Positions 11,488 through 20,376 of a stretch of 57,894 nucleotides of DNA are shown piece after piece. The translations under genes and the position numbers were made by a program. The DNA comes from a virus (lineage: Duplodnaviria > Caudoviricetes). The stretch is from the IMG/VR virus record IMGVR_UViG_3300031608_001030, positions 1-57,894 of that record; one strand, given 5' to 3'. The number at the start of each line of letters is the position of its first letter. The stretch's first letter is position 1. The notes under the pieces were generated by a model, which saw only the letters and a program-made list of their open reading frames with translations, was not told where the DNA came from and made no database searches.

Positions 11488-11952
11488 CTATACGTTTAAG
11501 TAAGTTTTAATACTCTCTGCAGTTGGGAATTTATCAGTACCATACTGAATCAACTCTCCGGTGAACTCTCCCGCTCCATTAGCAGTTCTATCATCAATTA
11601 AGTAATCACCTATGTTTAAATGTTTGTTATGTGATAATATCAATCGTTTGTATCCATATAGTGGGAGGTGTTTTTGAACCCATGCTACTTTATCAGAAGC
11701 TGCGGTTGGATTATCCCAAGGAGAAGTAGATAGAATATACACATCATATCTCACATCTTCTGCCATCTGATTGTATAAATCAATCATTTCTGGAATCGGT
11801 TTCATCGTAGAGAAGATGCTTGGAACATTATCCAACTCATCATCATACTCAGCTTTAGTTCCATCTGATAGTTGGTTAATACCACTCTCAAAATTCACAA
11901 GCGTATTATCCATATCGAAGTAAACTATTTTCTTTTTAATTTGTTCTGTCAT
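11488..11952 (-). CDS. 5'(3')-deoxyribonucleotidase (NT5C, HAD family)
   Basis: YFDMDNTLVNF, ILSTSPW, K..WV..HL, GDYLIDDR. Confidence 0.9.
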   Translation of the reverse strand: MTEQIKKKIVYFDMDNTLVNFESGINQLSDGTKAEYDDELDNVPSIFSTMKPIPEMIDLYNQMAEDVRYDVYILSTSPWDNPTAASDKVAWVQKHLPLYGYKRLILSHNKHLNIGDYLIDDRTANGAGEFTGELIQYGTDKFPTAESIKTYLNV

Positions 11953-11971
11953 ATCGGTCTCTTTTACTAAT

Positions 11972-12027
11972 GTAAATATACGAAATATATTTGGATTAGC
12001 CTAATTTTAATGTTATTAAATTGTTAT
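11972..12027 (-). promoter_or_regulatory. class-1 promoter with upstream TGTTA direct repeat
   Basis: promoter 11972-12007 plus TAATGTTATTAAATTGTTAT at 12008-12027. Confidence 0.7.
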
Positions 12028-12606
12028 TAATTTCAATGCTTTACTAATGTTATTATCAGTTGCTCCCCAACTCTTAACTTGCTTAATTGCTTTCTCAACA
12101 CTAAGCTTTCCGAAGGTGTATCTCTCTGTGGTAGTGATATCGATTAACATTCTAGCAACATCAGGTAGAGAACAGAACTGAGCTTTATTAACCACAGATA
12201 GGAACTTAGTACCCGCTTTGATTGTTGTTTTGTTATCAGTTGATACATCAGATGAACTCATTTCATACATATCTTCCATACTGTTGAAGTATCCGTAAAC
12301 GAATGGAGAACCGAATGATTGAACATCATTAATGATTTCTTCATCAACTGATTGTCCGATTTCATCTGAAATGTAAATATCAGTTGAACATCCCATTGAG
12401 AAACTTCGGGACTTAGCCGATACTGTTACCTGAGGATAAACCTTCTTTACATACTGTTTGATTACACTAGCCGAAGCAACCTGATTCATATCAATGTGTG
12501 GTGTTGGGAGTGAGTTACCATTCCAATCGGTTCTTTTTAAGAATTTGATTGGTAATTCAAACATCATTCCTTTGTATTCGAAGTTAAATTTCTTTGGATT
12601 TTTCAT
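12016..12606 (-). CDS. LPD29-like (large polyvalent protein domain) protein
   Basis: IKQYVKKVYPQVTVSAKSRSFSMG.S.DI and F.YGYFNSMEDMYE. Confidence 0.6.
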   Translation of the reverse strand: MKNPKKFNFEYKGMMFELPIKFLKRTDWNGNSLPTPHIDMNQVASASVIKQYVKKVYPQVTVSAKSRSFSMGCSTDIYISDEIGQSVDEEIINDVQSFGSPFVYGYFNSMEDMYEMSSSDVSTDNKTTIKAGTKFLSVVNKAQFCSLPDVARMLIDITTTERYTFGKLSVEKAIKQVKSWGATDNNISKALKLITI

Positions 12607-12629
12607 AATTTATATTTTTTAATTCTTAA

Positions 12630-12720
12630 TGGATGGTGGTTTCTCCCCCATCTCAACTACACTACTAATATACGAACTTTTGCCGAGATGACCTAATTTC
12701 TAATGTTAACAAATTGTTAA
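12630..12720 (-). promoter_or_regulatory. class-1 promoter with direct-repeat box and leader hairpin
   Basis: promoter 12664-12699; TAATGTTAACAAATTGTTAA at 12701-12720; minus-strand leader GATGGGGG-AGAAA-CCACCATC. Confidence 0.7.
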
Positions 12721-12728
12721 GGTTTCAT

Positions 12729-13073
12729 TTAGTAAAATGTTGATAATAATAACTGTGTATCAGCCTCAGTTGCCACTCTGAATGAGTTCATATCAGGAAC
12801 ACAATTCTTTGAACCTTTATACTCCTTAATAGCCATCTTAATTGATTCCTCTTTCGTTTTAGCGTAGTTACTATTCCAACCACCACCAATGAATCCGAAG
12901 TTCCATGCCTTCACTTTACTGATGTAATCAAGTAGTACTACTTTCTCATCTATAATAGGAATTAACGATTCATGCCCATCTCCATTCTTAACTACTTTTT
13001 TTAGAGCCTTAACTTGTCTCTTTAATAATTGAACTGAATCTTTGTACGATACTTTTGTTTCAAATGCTTTCAT
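12729..13073 (-). CDS. hypothetical protein
   Basis: 114 aa; F.F.GGGWNS.YA motif. Confidence 0.75.
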   Translation of the reverse strand: MKAFETKVSYKDSVQLLKRQVKALKKVVKNGDGHESLIPIIDEKVVLLDYISKVKAWNFGFIGGGWNSNYAKTKEESIKMAIKEYKGSKNCVPDMNSFRVATEADTQLLLSTFY

Positions 13074-13102
13074 ATTTTATTGTTTATTATTTAATTGTTA
13101 AT

Positions 13103-13209
13103 GGACTCAACTCCGTCCCTTTCTTATTACATAATAAAGATACGACAATTATTTGGATTTTCCAAGGGATTTGTACTTTATTTTGAAAAGTTATTAACAA
13201 TTTTATGTT
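13103..13209 (-). repeat. dispersed promoter/stem-loop cassette, copy 1
   Basis: 13103-13145 matches 44536-44578 at 42/43 nt; second shared block TTTATTTT.AAAAGTTATTAACAATTT.ATGTT. Confidence 0.85.
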
Positions 13210-13227
13210 GATAACTGTTATAGACGT

Positions 13228-13259
13228 AAAAATGGGGAACTTAATTAAAAGCCCCCCAT
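13228..13259 (-). terminator. intrinsic terminator
   Basis: minus strand ATGGGGGGCTT-loop-AAGTTCCCCAT-TTTT after the 680-aa gene. Confidence 0.7.
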
Positions 13260-13282
13260 ATATAAAATTTATTAAGTGTTAT

Positions 13283-15325
13283 CTAGCTTTTTAAATCTTT
13301 AGCTAAATCTGTAGTTTTAGGAGCGTTCTTCTCAATCCAACTGAATAGAGTTTTCTTCCATACACCCTCTGGAGTTATACCACCACCCTGTTTCTTAACA
13401 GAAAGTGATAAGAAATCAGCTACAAACTTAACTTTTTCAAGCTTTCGTTTTGTTACAGTCTTACCGTTATCATCTTTACTCTGAGTTGTTATAGTTTGTG
13501 TTCGTACTACATCACTACGTTTATCAATACCACCATCTTTTTTAGCTTTTTTGTTAGCCGAGCCATCTTTATTGTAAAATATTGTATTTTCTCTATTATT
13601 CAATATAACATCGATTCTACCATTTACTCCCTTTGGTAATGCCTTAGTTAACATTTGCCATAAAGTCTGTGATGCACCCTCATGTGTTGATAACATAGTA
13701 TCATCTGGAACCATACGGTCACGTGTTGCGTTATTATTAACTGCTATACTGTAATTAGTTAATACCCAAATTAAGTGAATGTTCTTAGAATCGTATCCAG
13801 CCTTTAGTAATGGTTTTAACACATCCGTAATTGATGCTACTTTTTTAGCTGTAATATCAAATAGTAAATTAGGTAGTACTTCTTTATTAGTTTTACCCAT
13901 TAACATATTAGTTACCCACTTATCCTTTAATCCCATTGCATCTACAATAAAATGAAGTGCTGATACGTTGTTTGGATTTTTTAGATTTGATGCTAATTGA
14001 GCTAATGTTAATTTTCTATCCTTAACGTATGTATCAACATGCGCTAGTTCCTTTTCTTTTAGATTCTTTGAGTATTTTTTATACCATTTTTCGATAGAAA
14101 GTTTTCCCAATTTATCTAAATTACCTACGGCCGTTTTCATCTCATCTACATCTCTCACTTTGAACCCAGCAGCGTCTATAAAACTATCAACTGCGAATCC
14201 TTTACCACTACCAGCACCACCTGCCATAAATACAACCTGACCGTATGCTGCTCTGTTACTGAATGTGATTAGTTTTTCTTCTAATTTCCCCTCAGTCACT
14301 ACTGATTCATTAGCCATATTATACTCTACATCTTCAATAAAGTCATCTTCTGTAAAATCACCATAATCAGCAAAGAATTGCTTTGAATTCTTTTTTACCA
14401 TTTGTTCTAATGATTTCACATAACTCTTAGCATAACTCATTGGAACTTTAGCTTTTTTAATTGCCTTACCAATAACCCCTACGATACTATTCCAATCAGA
14501 ACCTTCATTAACCGATTCAGAGAATGCTTCGATATCCCATTGAATTCGTTGCATCGTATCTTCACCTCTAAATTCCTTCTTAGCCCAATCGATAAGTCCC
14601 GGTTCGTTCTTAGCATTCTGTGCCATATCATAAGCGTTGTTTGCTCCACCATTTGATGCAACATCCCTTAACCACTTATCGTACATACGTTTGTTGTACT
14701 TAACTACTTTATATTTATTCCAATTTGGATTAAGTTTTCTAACTACTTTAGGTTTCTTATCAATACCTGGATTTGATTTTACTATCTTATCAAGTTTGAA
14801 TGTTGTTTTATTTTGTCTACTATCTTTTACATCAACAAATCCATCAGTATCTACATTTAATATAGTATAATCTTTATTGTTAATCTTAGCAGGTAACCCT
14901 CTCATAAAATCGTACTTACCTTCGTTAACTACAGATTCATTAGTAGCCTGAGTGTATATATCAGTTAACCATTCTAAACTTGCCTTATTACGGTCTAATG
15001 TTTTGAATTCCTTATATGCATCTTTAGCGAATTCTTTGAAATCTTTAGCATCCTGAGCCATTATATCCAAATCACTCATTGCACCTTCGTTAACTACTGA
15101 TTCACTAATCGACTGTTTATATAAATCATCTAACCATATAATAGTTTCTCTATTCTTTGGTAAGTTTTTATATTCTTTATAAACATCTTTAAGGAATGAT
15201 TTTAAATCTTTAGCTTCTTGAGCCATCAAATCTAAATCACTCATTGCTGATTCTGTTATATTAGTTGTACCAGATTCACTTAATTGTGATTTAATTTCTG
15301 ATTGTATGTGTTGTTTTAAATTCAT
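13283..15325 (-). CDS. multi-domain protein with C-terminal P-loop kinase (zeta-toxin/AAA_33-like); probable head-packaged protein
   Basis: VFMAGGAGSGKGF Walker A; duplicated ~55-aa N-terminal domain; ESVVNEG x2, ESVNEG, ESVVTEG linkers. Confidence 0.75.
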   Translation of the reverse strand: MNLKQHIQSEIKSQLSESGTTNITESAMSDLDLMAQEAKDLKSFLKDVYKEYKNLPKNRETIIWLDDLYKQSISESVVNEGAMSDLDIMAQDAKDFKEFAKDAYKEFKTLDRNKASLEWLTDIYTQATNESVVNEGKYDFMRGLPAKINNKDYTILNVDTDGFVDVKDSRQNKTTFKLDKIVKSNPGIDKKPKVVRKLNPNWNKYKVVKYNKRMYDKWLRDVASNGGANNAYDMAQNAKNEPGLIDWAKKEFRGEDTMQRIQWDIEAFSESVNEGSDWNSIVGVIGKAIKKAKVPMSYAKSYVKSLEQMVKKNSKQFFADYGDFTEDDFIEDVEYNMANESVVTEGKLEEKLITFSNRAAYGQVVFMAGGAGSGKGFAVDSFIDAAGFKVRDVDEMKTAVGNLDKLGKLSIEKWYKKYSKNLKEKELAHVDTYVKDRKLTLAQLASNLKNPNNVSALHFIVDAMGLKDKWVTNMLMGKTNKEVLPNLLFDITAKKVASITDVLKPLLKAGYDSKNIHLIWVLTNYSIAVNNNATRDRMVPDDTMLSTHEGASQTLWQMLTKALPKGVNGRIDVILNNRENTIFYNKDGSANKKAKKDGGIDKRSDVVRTQTITTQSKDDNGKTVTKRKLEKVKFVADFLSLSVKKQGGGITPEGVWKKTLFSWIEKNAPKTTDLAKDLKS

Positions 15326-15492
15326 TATTTTCCTTTATTATATGGTACTTTCTTATTTAACCATTCCTGCTTCCCAGCACAACCACAGTCGGCTTTACCT
15401 AATCCCTTTGCAATCTGTGTTGCTAGTTTATCTAAGCGAGTGATTGATGTAATCTTTGCTACAGTATCCCCTAACCCTTTTGATTTTGTCAT
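15325..15492 (-). CDS. small DCGC-motif phage protein (not in ORF track)
   Basis: hand translation, 55 aa: MTKSKGLGDTVAKIT...ADCGCAGKQEWLNKKVPYNKGK; TAATG coupled. Confidence 0.8.
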   Translation of the reverse strand: MTKSKGLGDTVAKITSITRLDKLATQIAKGLGKADCGCAGKQEWLNKKVPYNKGK

Positions 15493-15493
15493 A

Positions 15494-15715
15494 TTATTTA
15501 TCCATTCTTAAATTTAAACCAGCTGATTTCATTTCTTTGAACATCTCTACCATTAATTCAGAATCATCTGATTCTTTAATACAACACTCACCATTACTAT
15601 GAACTATCGATGCTATCGATTGCCCTTGCATAACTGGGTAATTACAGTATTTCTGAATTGTTGTTACAACGTATTCAAATGAGTTTTCATCATCATTTAG
15701 TATAAATAGTTTCAT
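15494..15715 (-). CDS. clpS: ClpS-like N-degron adaptor
   Basis: LFILNDDENSFEYVV...IVHSNG, the ClpS core NDD/H pattern. Confidence 0.8.
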   Translation of the reverse strand: MKLFILNDDENSFEYVVTTIQKYCNYPVMQGQSIASIVHSNGECCIKESDDSELMVEMFKEMKSAGLNLRMDK

Positions 15716-15873
15716 ATTTTATATTTCAGTTCAAAGTCAGTTATAGTCTTAACCAAATTATCAATATCACATACTGATGCTTCTATTGATTGATTCGTTT
15801 CACTAAGAACATATACTAACCATCCTTTAACGCTTTTCACTTCCGGTGATAATGCTTTCACTAATATTTTCAT
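15712..15873 (-). CDS. hypothetical protein (not in ORF track)
   Basis: hand translation, 53 aa MKILVKALSPEVKSVKGWLVY...; ATGA overlap with clpS. Confidence 0.55.
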   Translation of the reverse strand: MKILVKALSPEVKSVKGWLVYVLSETNQSIEASVCDIDNLVKTITDFELKYKI

Positions 15874-16066
15874 TTTTATTCTCCAATTCGTTTACGAGCT
15901 TATGAAGATGTGCACACTTTTCGTAGTGTTCAATATCGGTAAAATAATCTAATAGTAGATTAAGTAACTGATTTTTCATCTTTTCTTTAAACTCTGAACT
16001 CCATGCAAAATCCTCTTTCATAAGAATTTCATATGCGTTCTCCATTACTTTCTTTTCGTAATTCAT
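15827..16066 (-). CDS. protein with UVR (UvrB/C)-like motif
   Basis: F...EHYEKCA.L. Confidence 0.6.
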   Translation of the reverse strand: MNYEKKVMENAYEILMKEDFAWSSEFKEKMKNQLLNLLLDYFTDIEHYEKCAHLHKLVNELENKNENISESIITGSEKR

Positions 16067-16090
16067 TTGGTAATAAATATGGTTTTAAAT

Positions 16091-16693
16091 TTAGTGAACT
16101 ATCTTATTTACATATTTTTGAATATCTTCTTCAATATGTTCCTTAACTAAGTGGGTTTTTATCTCCACATTCGGGTATTTACTCTTTAATCTATCAACTG
16201 CATCGATGTTTTTCTTAGAATCATCCATAAATGCTATAGAGGTGTATCCCTTCTTTATATGCTTCTCAATCCAGTCGGATTTATCTTTAGGGTTATTACT
16301 ACCCAATGCAACTACATACACATCCATACCGAACGTATCCTTTAGATATTTTCTTACTGGAAATGCTAACTTACGAGCCGTTAATATAGTTACTTTCTTT
16401 TGTGGATTCTTTAACATCCTCTGAAGTAAATCGAAATTACGTTTTATAATCTGTGGATTCTTTAATAACCTATTGAAATCTCTGAAATCGTAACTATCTC
16501 CGGACTTCTCTTTATACACTGCGTATTCAGATGGGTCTAACTTAGTTTGCTTACCATCCTTATGATTAACATAAATATATGATGTGGATGTAGCTAATGT
16601 ATCATCCCAATCAAATACACGAAGAGTTTTACCTTCGTTTAACATTCTCTCCTCATCTTTGAATACTTCTGATATAAATTGTGTTTTCTTCAT
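16091..16693 (-). CDS. HAD-superfamily phosphatase
   Basis: RVFDWDDTL, ILTAR, K, FMDDS..N; N-terminal leader ending MLNE. Confidence 0.85.
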   Translation of the reverse strand: MKKTQFISEVFKDEERMLNEGKTLRVFDWDDTLATSTSYIYVNHKDGKQTKLDPSEYAVYKEKSGDSYDFRDFNRLLKNPQIIKRNFDLLQRMLKNPQKKVTILTARKLAFPVRKYLKDTFGMDVYVVALGSNNPKDKSDWIEKHIKKGYTSIAFMDDSKKNIDAVDRLKSKYPNVEIKTHLVKEHIEEDIQKYVNKIVH

Positions 16694-16694
16694 A

Positions 16695-17453
16695 TTATTT
16701 TAATTTAGGTAGTCCACCAATTTTAGGTATCCTAACTTTCCATTTACTATATATTTGCTTTCTGTTCTTAGCATTAATAATACCATCATCTACTAATGAA
16801 TCTAAATAATCATCAACCACACGTTGGTATGGTAGTTTCATCGTTTTTGCTTTAGAGTATAATCCATGTATATTAGCATCCACTTCCTTTGGTAGTAAAA
16901 AATACTTATAATACATCGATGGGTCACCTTTAATCTTTACCCTCATTGCCAAATCACCCCTCATTGCTTTGGATGGTTTTAGTGATGATGATTTGTTACC
17001 ATGTGTTATGTGCTCTATCTCATGTCTAACCAAATCCCTAAGAACTGGTTGAATCTTTGAGAATATCTTAGTACCATCTAATGGATGTATTGCAATCTGA
17101 ACCTCTATTGATGGGAAATCCTCATCAGCTTCAGCTGAGCCATCTATAAAAAACTTACCAGGCTTAACACCATCATCAGTTACTGCGAATTTAAGATACA
17201 CATCCACCTCAACTCCAGAAGTTCCTCCGGAATACTCACCTACATCTAAGTGGTTATTTTCCGAATTCAATAAATCACCAATTTGATGTGTTGGCATCGG
17301 GTCTTTTCTTACCTCATACCCTTTGAACTTCTTTGGCTTCTCTTGCGAACCACTACCATTCATTGCAGACTTCATCTTACTGAAAATATCTTTGTTTATT
17401 TTCCCAACAAGCTTGTCATACCGACCTTCCATTAATAAATCTTTTAACTTCAT
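16695..17453 (-). CDS. HExxH metalloprotease-like protein
   Basis: VRHEIEH...PKEVDA; starts MKLKDLLME. Confidence 0.7.
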   Translation of the reverse strand: MKLKDLLMEGRYDKLVGKINKDIFSKMKSAMNGSGSQEKPKKFKGYEVRKDPMPTHQIGDLLNSENNHLDVGEYSGGTSGVEVDVYLKFAVTDDGVKPGKFFIDGSAEADEDFPSIEVQIAIHPLDGTKIFSKIQPVLRDLVRHEIEHITHGNKSSSLKPSKAMRGDLAMRVKIKGDPSMYYKYFLLPKEVDANIHGLYSKAKTMKLPYQRVVDDYLDSLVDDGIINAKNRKQIYSKWKVRIPKIGGLPKLK

Positions 17454-17454
17454 A

Positions 17455-17487
17455 ACAAATATACGTTTTTTTATTTAAATATCCAAG
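17455..17487 (-). promoter_or_regulatory. class-1 promoter
   Basis: minus strand CCTTGG...ACGTATATTTGT, same spacing. Confidence 0.6.
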
Positions 17488-18365
17488 GATTTATCAGAAC
17501 TTTTAAAATCAGATTTCCTCATTATCGTTTTAGCAATTGCTTTATTCGATTGTTTCATAAACGGTATGTTTAGATTAGTTCTATCATCCTTTGCTATTAC
17601 TGAATTGTAAGTATTAAGGAATTTAACAAATACCTTTCTCTTTTTTGATAGTCGTTTAAAAAATCCAATTAATTCTGATATATTTATTGCTTTCCCATTT
17701 CTAGGGTCATTCAATCTATCAAAGAAATGCTTACCCGTAAGAACGATATCCAATGGTTTTAATTTCTTATCAGCAAAAGCATCAAGCATTTTAAGGTCAT
17801 CCATTGGGATTTCATTTATTGTACTTTCATTTTTAGCATCAAATATATTAACTTTTGGTAATAATCTGAATTTCATAAATGGTTTACCGTTAATTGTGAT
17901 ATCACCCTTCTCATTCGTTTCGATGGATTTCACCACAATTCGTTTGTTTTTGAATTTCCCACCTAAAACAGTATCACCCACATTAATTGGGATATTAATA
18001 TCTTCATTTATTGATTGAGCAACTGCGTTATATACGTCAATTGCTTTAAGTATCGGTAAGTTAATTTTGATAACTGGTACTTTTACACCATCACCCCACT
18101 TCTCAATGGCAGCTGCCCATCTATGATGTCCATCTACTATATGATTATCATTAGATATGATTAATGGTTTAAGTTTGCTTGGTGTTGTGAATTTTGCGGC
18201 GATTCCGGTTACTTTGTCTTTATAAAGTTCTTTTTGAGCTCTCTTGAGTTTACCCACCACTATATTACCTTTGGTAATCTTTACCTTAGTAGATATCAAT
18301 TTAATCGCCTTACTCAAATTTTGAGTAGATACCTGTGGCATGTTCTTCCTACTAATGTTTGGCAT
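17475..18365 (-). CDS. ParB/Srx-like domain plus two further domains
   Basis: PLIISNDNHIVDGHHRWAA; domains separated by SINED and TINEI. Confidence 0.7.
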   Translation of the reverse strand: MPNISRKNMPQVSTQNLSKAIKLISTKVKITKGNIVVGKLKRAQKELYKDKVTGIAAKFTTPSKLKPLIISNDNHIVDGHHRWAAAIEKWGDGVKVPVIKINLPILKAIDVYNAVAQSINEDINIPINVGDTVLGGKFKNKRIVVKSIETNEKGDITINGKPFMKFRLLPKVNIFDAKNESTINEIPMDDLKMLDAFADKKLKPLDIVLTGKHFFDRLNDPRNGKAINISELIGFFKRLSKKRKVFVKFLNTYNSVIAKDDRTNLNIPFMKQSNKAIAKTIMRKSDFKSSDKSLDI

Positions 18366-18375
18366 AATGTTCCGT

Positions 18376-18762
18376 TTACTTTTTCTTTAATCTACTCTTT
18401 TCCTTTCGGCCTCTGTTCTTAGCTTCTGATTCGAATCCTACGATTTTACCACCTTTATGTGATGCATCTTTACCATCACCATTACCATAAGTACCTTTAT
18501 CTCTATTGTACTTATTTAATTCGGCTCTGTATTTCTTAGATTTTGTAGATGATTGGAATTTCTTATATTCATCTTTGTAATCACGCTTAGCTTCTTCTTC
18601 GATATCTTCGATATCTCCACCATTAAGCATATTGCTAATTTTCTCTATCTCTTCCTTTACAATCTGCACTATCTGAGATTTATAAGTTTCACCCATTACA
18701 TTCTTAGCTTTATGCTTAATGTATAAGGTTGCAAGTAATTCTGTTAATTTGTTCTTTTTCAT
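18376..18762 (-). CDS. protein with C-terminal HNH-like minidomain
   Basis: RDYKDEY...RAELN...GDGKDASH...NRGR after IEEEA. Confidence 0.65.
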   Translation of the reverse strand: MKKNKLTELLATLYIKHKAKNVMGETYKSQIVQIVKEEIEKISNMLNGGDIEDIEEEAKRDYKDEYKKFQSSTKSKKYRAELNKYNRDKGTYGNGDGKDASHKGGKIVGFESEAKNRGRKEKSRLKKK

Positions 18763-18926
18763 ACATTACCCTTAATAGTGAAAACAGCAGCCTGTGCTAT
18801 TTTGTTTCTACGTTGCTGTTCTAATGTGAATTGTCGCATACCTTCTTTTGCATCCGAATTATATAAGGCTTTATTTGTTGGGATGTTAATCCAATCTTGC
18901 CAACTGTATTGTCGTATCATACTCAT
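18759..18926 (-). CDS. hypothetical protein (not in ORF track)
   Basis: hand translation, 55 aa MSMIRQYSWQDW...; class-2 motif at 18930-18937; ATGA overlap. Confidence 0.65.
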   Translation of the reverse strand: MSMIRQYSWQDWINIPTNKALYNSDAKEGMRQFTLEQQRRNKIAQAAVFTIKGNV

Positions 18927-19024
18927 AACTATAAATATATTAATTTATTTTAAAAATTGTGGTTTTTGATAACTAATCATTATCATCTCTAATATAAGTA
19001 TTAAAGTAAAGTTACTAAAACCGA

Positions 19025-19645
19025 TTACTTATGTAAATATGATGATAGGTATCCTGAAATTCTACCTGCTTTAATTTGGAAGTGTTCCCAATCATCTTTA
19101 GATAATTTCTTCTTCCTATTAACATAATCCATACCTATACCACCTAAGAATTTTCCATCAAATGTGAATAATGGTATAATATATACAGATTTCGTTCCTA
19201 CAGATGCTGCAGCTGATTTTAATCCGAATGTAGGGATTTTAGGATTATTGTAATCTGGTATGTATATACCATCCCCATTCCCTAAATGGTCAAATGTCTT
19301 TGGGTATAACGAACATGGTATATTGTTGAATGTACTAGCTATTTTAGAAACACCAGTTTTGTCCACTTCATAAAATATTGAGAACTTTTGAATTGATTTA
19401 CCGGTTGGGTAGAAACTACCACCATTATGGAATTGAGCAATCCACACTCTATCACTTTTGAATTCTTCACGAATATCTTCCAATTCATTATCAATGGTTG
19501 ATATATCTAGTAACGACTCTCTTACCTTATCACGCTTATTATCGTTTCGTTTTAGTATGACTTTGTTTACTATTAAGTATAACACAGGACCAACTACGCC
19601 TGTTAAAAATGCTCCAATTAATTCCATAAAGTGTATGTGTTTCAT
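19025..19645 (-). CDS. N-terminal TM plus GAF-like domain; holin candidate
   Basis: one TM, then SDRVWIAQFHNG...KSVYIIPL...GGIGMDY GAF-like pattern. Confidence 0.6.
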   Translation of the reverse strand: MKHIHFMELIGAFLTGVVGPVLYLIVNKVILKRNDNKRDKVRESLLDISTIDNELEDIREEFKSDRVWIAQFHNGGSFYPTGKSIQKFSIFYEVDKTGVSKIASTFNNIPCSLYPKTFDHLGNGDGIYIPDYNNPKIPTFGLKSAAASVGTKSVYIIPLFTFDGKFLGGIGMDYVNRKKKLSKDDWEHFQIKAGRISGYLSSYLHK

Positions 19646-19660
19646 CTGATTAATAGATTG

Positions 19661-20077
19661 TTAGAATTTAGAAGCTATCTTCAGCTCATCTATTGTGGTT
19701 TGTAATTCTGTTAATGTGACTGGACATGTTAAATCTAATCCAGCTTTGTATGATTCTTCTAATACACCATTTCTAAATACTAATAACGTTGGTGCCATTC
19801 GTATTCTATATTTCTTTTTAAGTTCCGGAGCTGATGCTATATCACATCTGTAATAGTGGGTAATTCCTTTCAACTTTTCCCAATCTTTAAATGCGTTAGC
19901 TTTGTTAAAATCTGCCCAAATCTCCACAATTACTATTGAAAACTCATCATCTCCAAAGTTATTAGTTTTTTCAATTGAGTTTATTACTCTTACTAAATCA
20001 ACACCACGGATGTAATCTTGTGCTACTGCTACATTGGTTGTAATTATAAATAACAATAATATTATCAGATTTTTCAT
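19661..20077 (-). CDS. exported thioredoxin-fold protein lacking CXXC
   Basis: signal peptide ending AVA-Q; VEIWADFN in place of WCxxC; IRMAPTLLVFRNG. Confidence 0.7.
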   Translation of the reverse strand: MKNLIILLLFIITTNVAVAQDYIRGVDLVRVINSIEKTNNFGDDEFSIVIVEIWADFNKANAFKDWEKLKGITHYYRCDIASAPELKKKYRIRMAPTLLVFRNGVLEESYKAGLDLTCPVTLTELQTTIDELKIASKF

Positions 20078-20080
20078 AAC

Positions 20081-20362
20081 CTACCTTTTACTCATTTCGT
20101 ACAACCGTTCCTCAAGCTTGTCCATCTTCTCTAAGATTACTTCGACATCTTTCTGAGTATCCATTATGGTTTGCCTAACCAACTCATCCTTTAAATCATA
20201 TTCAATTCGTTCTATAACGGGAGCTGGTAATAACCTAGCCTCTTCTATATCAGCTTGTAGTGCGAACCACATACCTACTACGGTAGCTATCCCAAATATG
20301 AGAATTCCGATTGTTTTAATATCTAATGTTACTTTTGTTTGTTCACCTATCTGATTAGCCAT
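20081..20362 (-). CDS. single-TM coiled-coil protein
   Basis: one TM then a heptad-rich C-terminus. Confidence 0.7.
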   Translation of the reverse strand: MANQIGEQTKVTLDIKTIGILIFGIATVVGMWFALQADIEEARLLPAPVIERIEYDLKDELVRQTIMDTQKDVEVILEKMDKLEERLYEMSKR

Positions 20363-20376
20363 AGTTAAAACACCTC

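Noticed and set aside
13191-13214. DnaA boxes / replication origin (TTATTAACA, TGTTGATAA)
   Set aside because: Only one or two degenerate matches, embedded in the promoter cassette; not enough to call an origin
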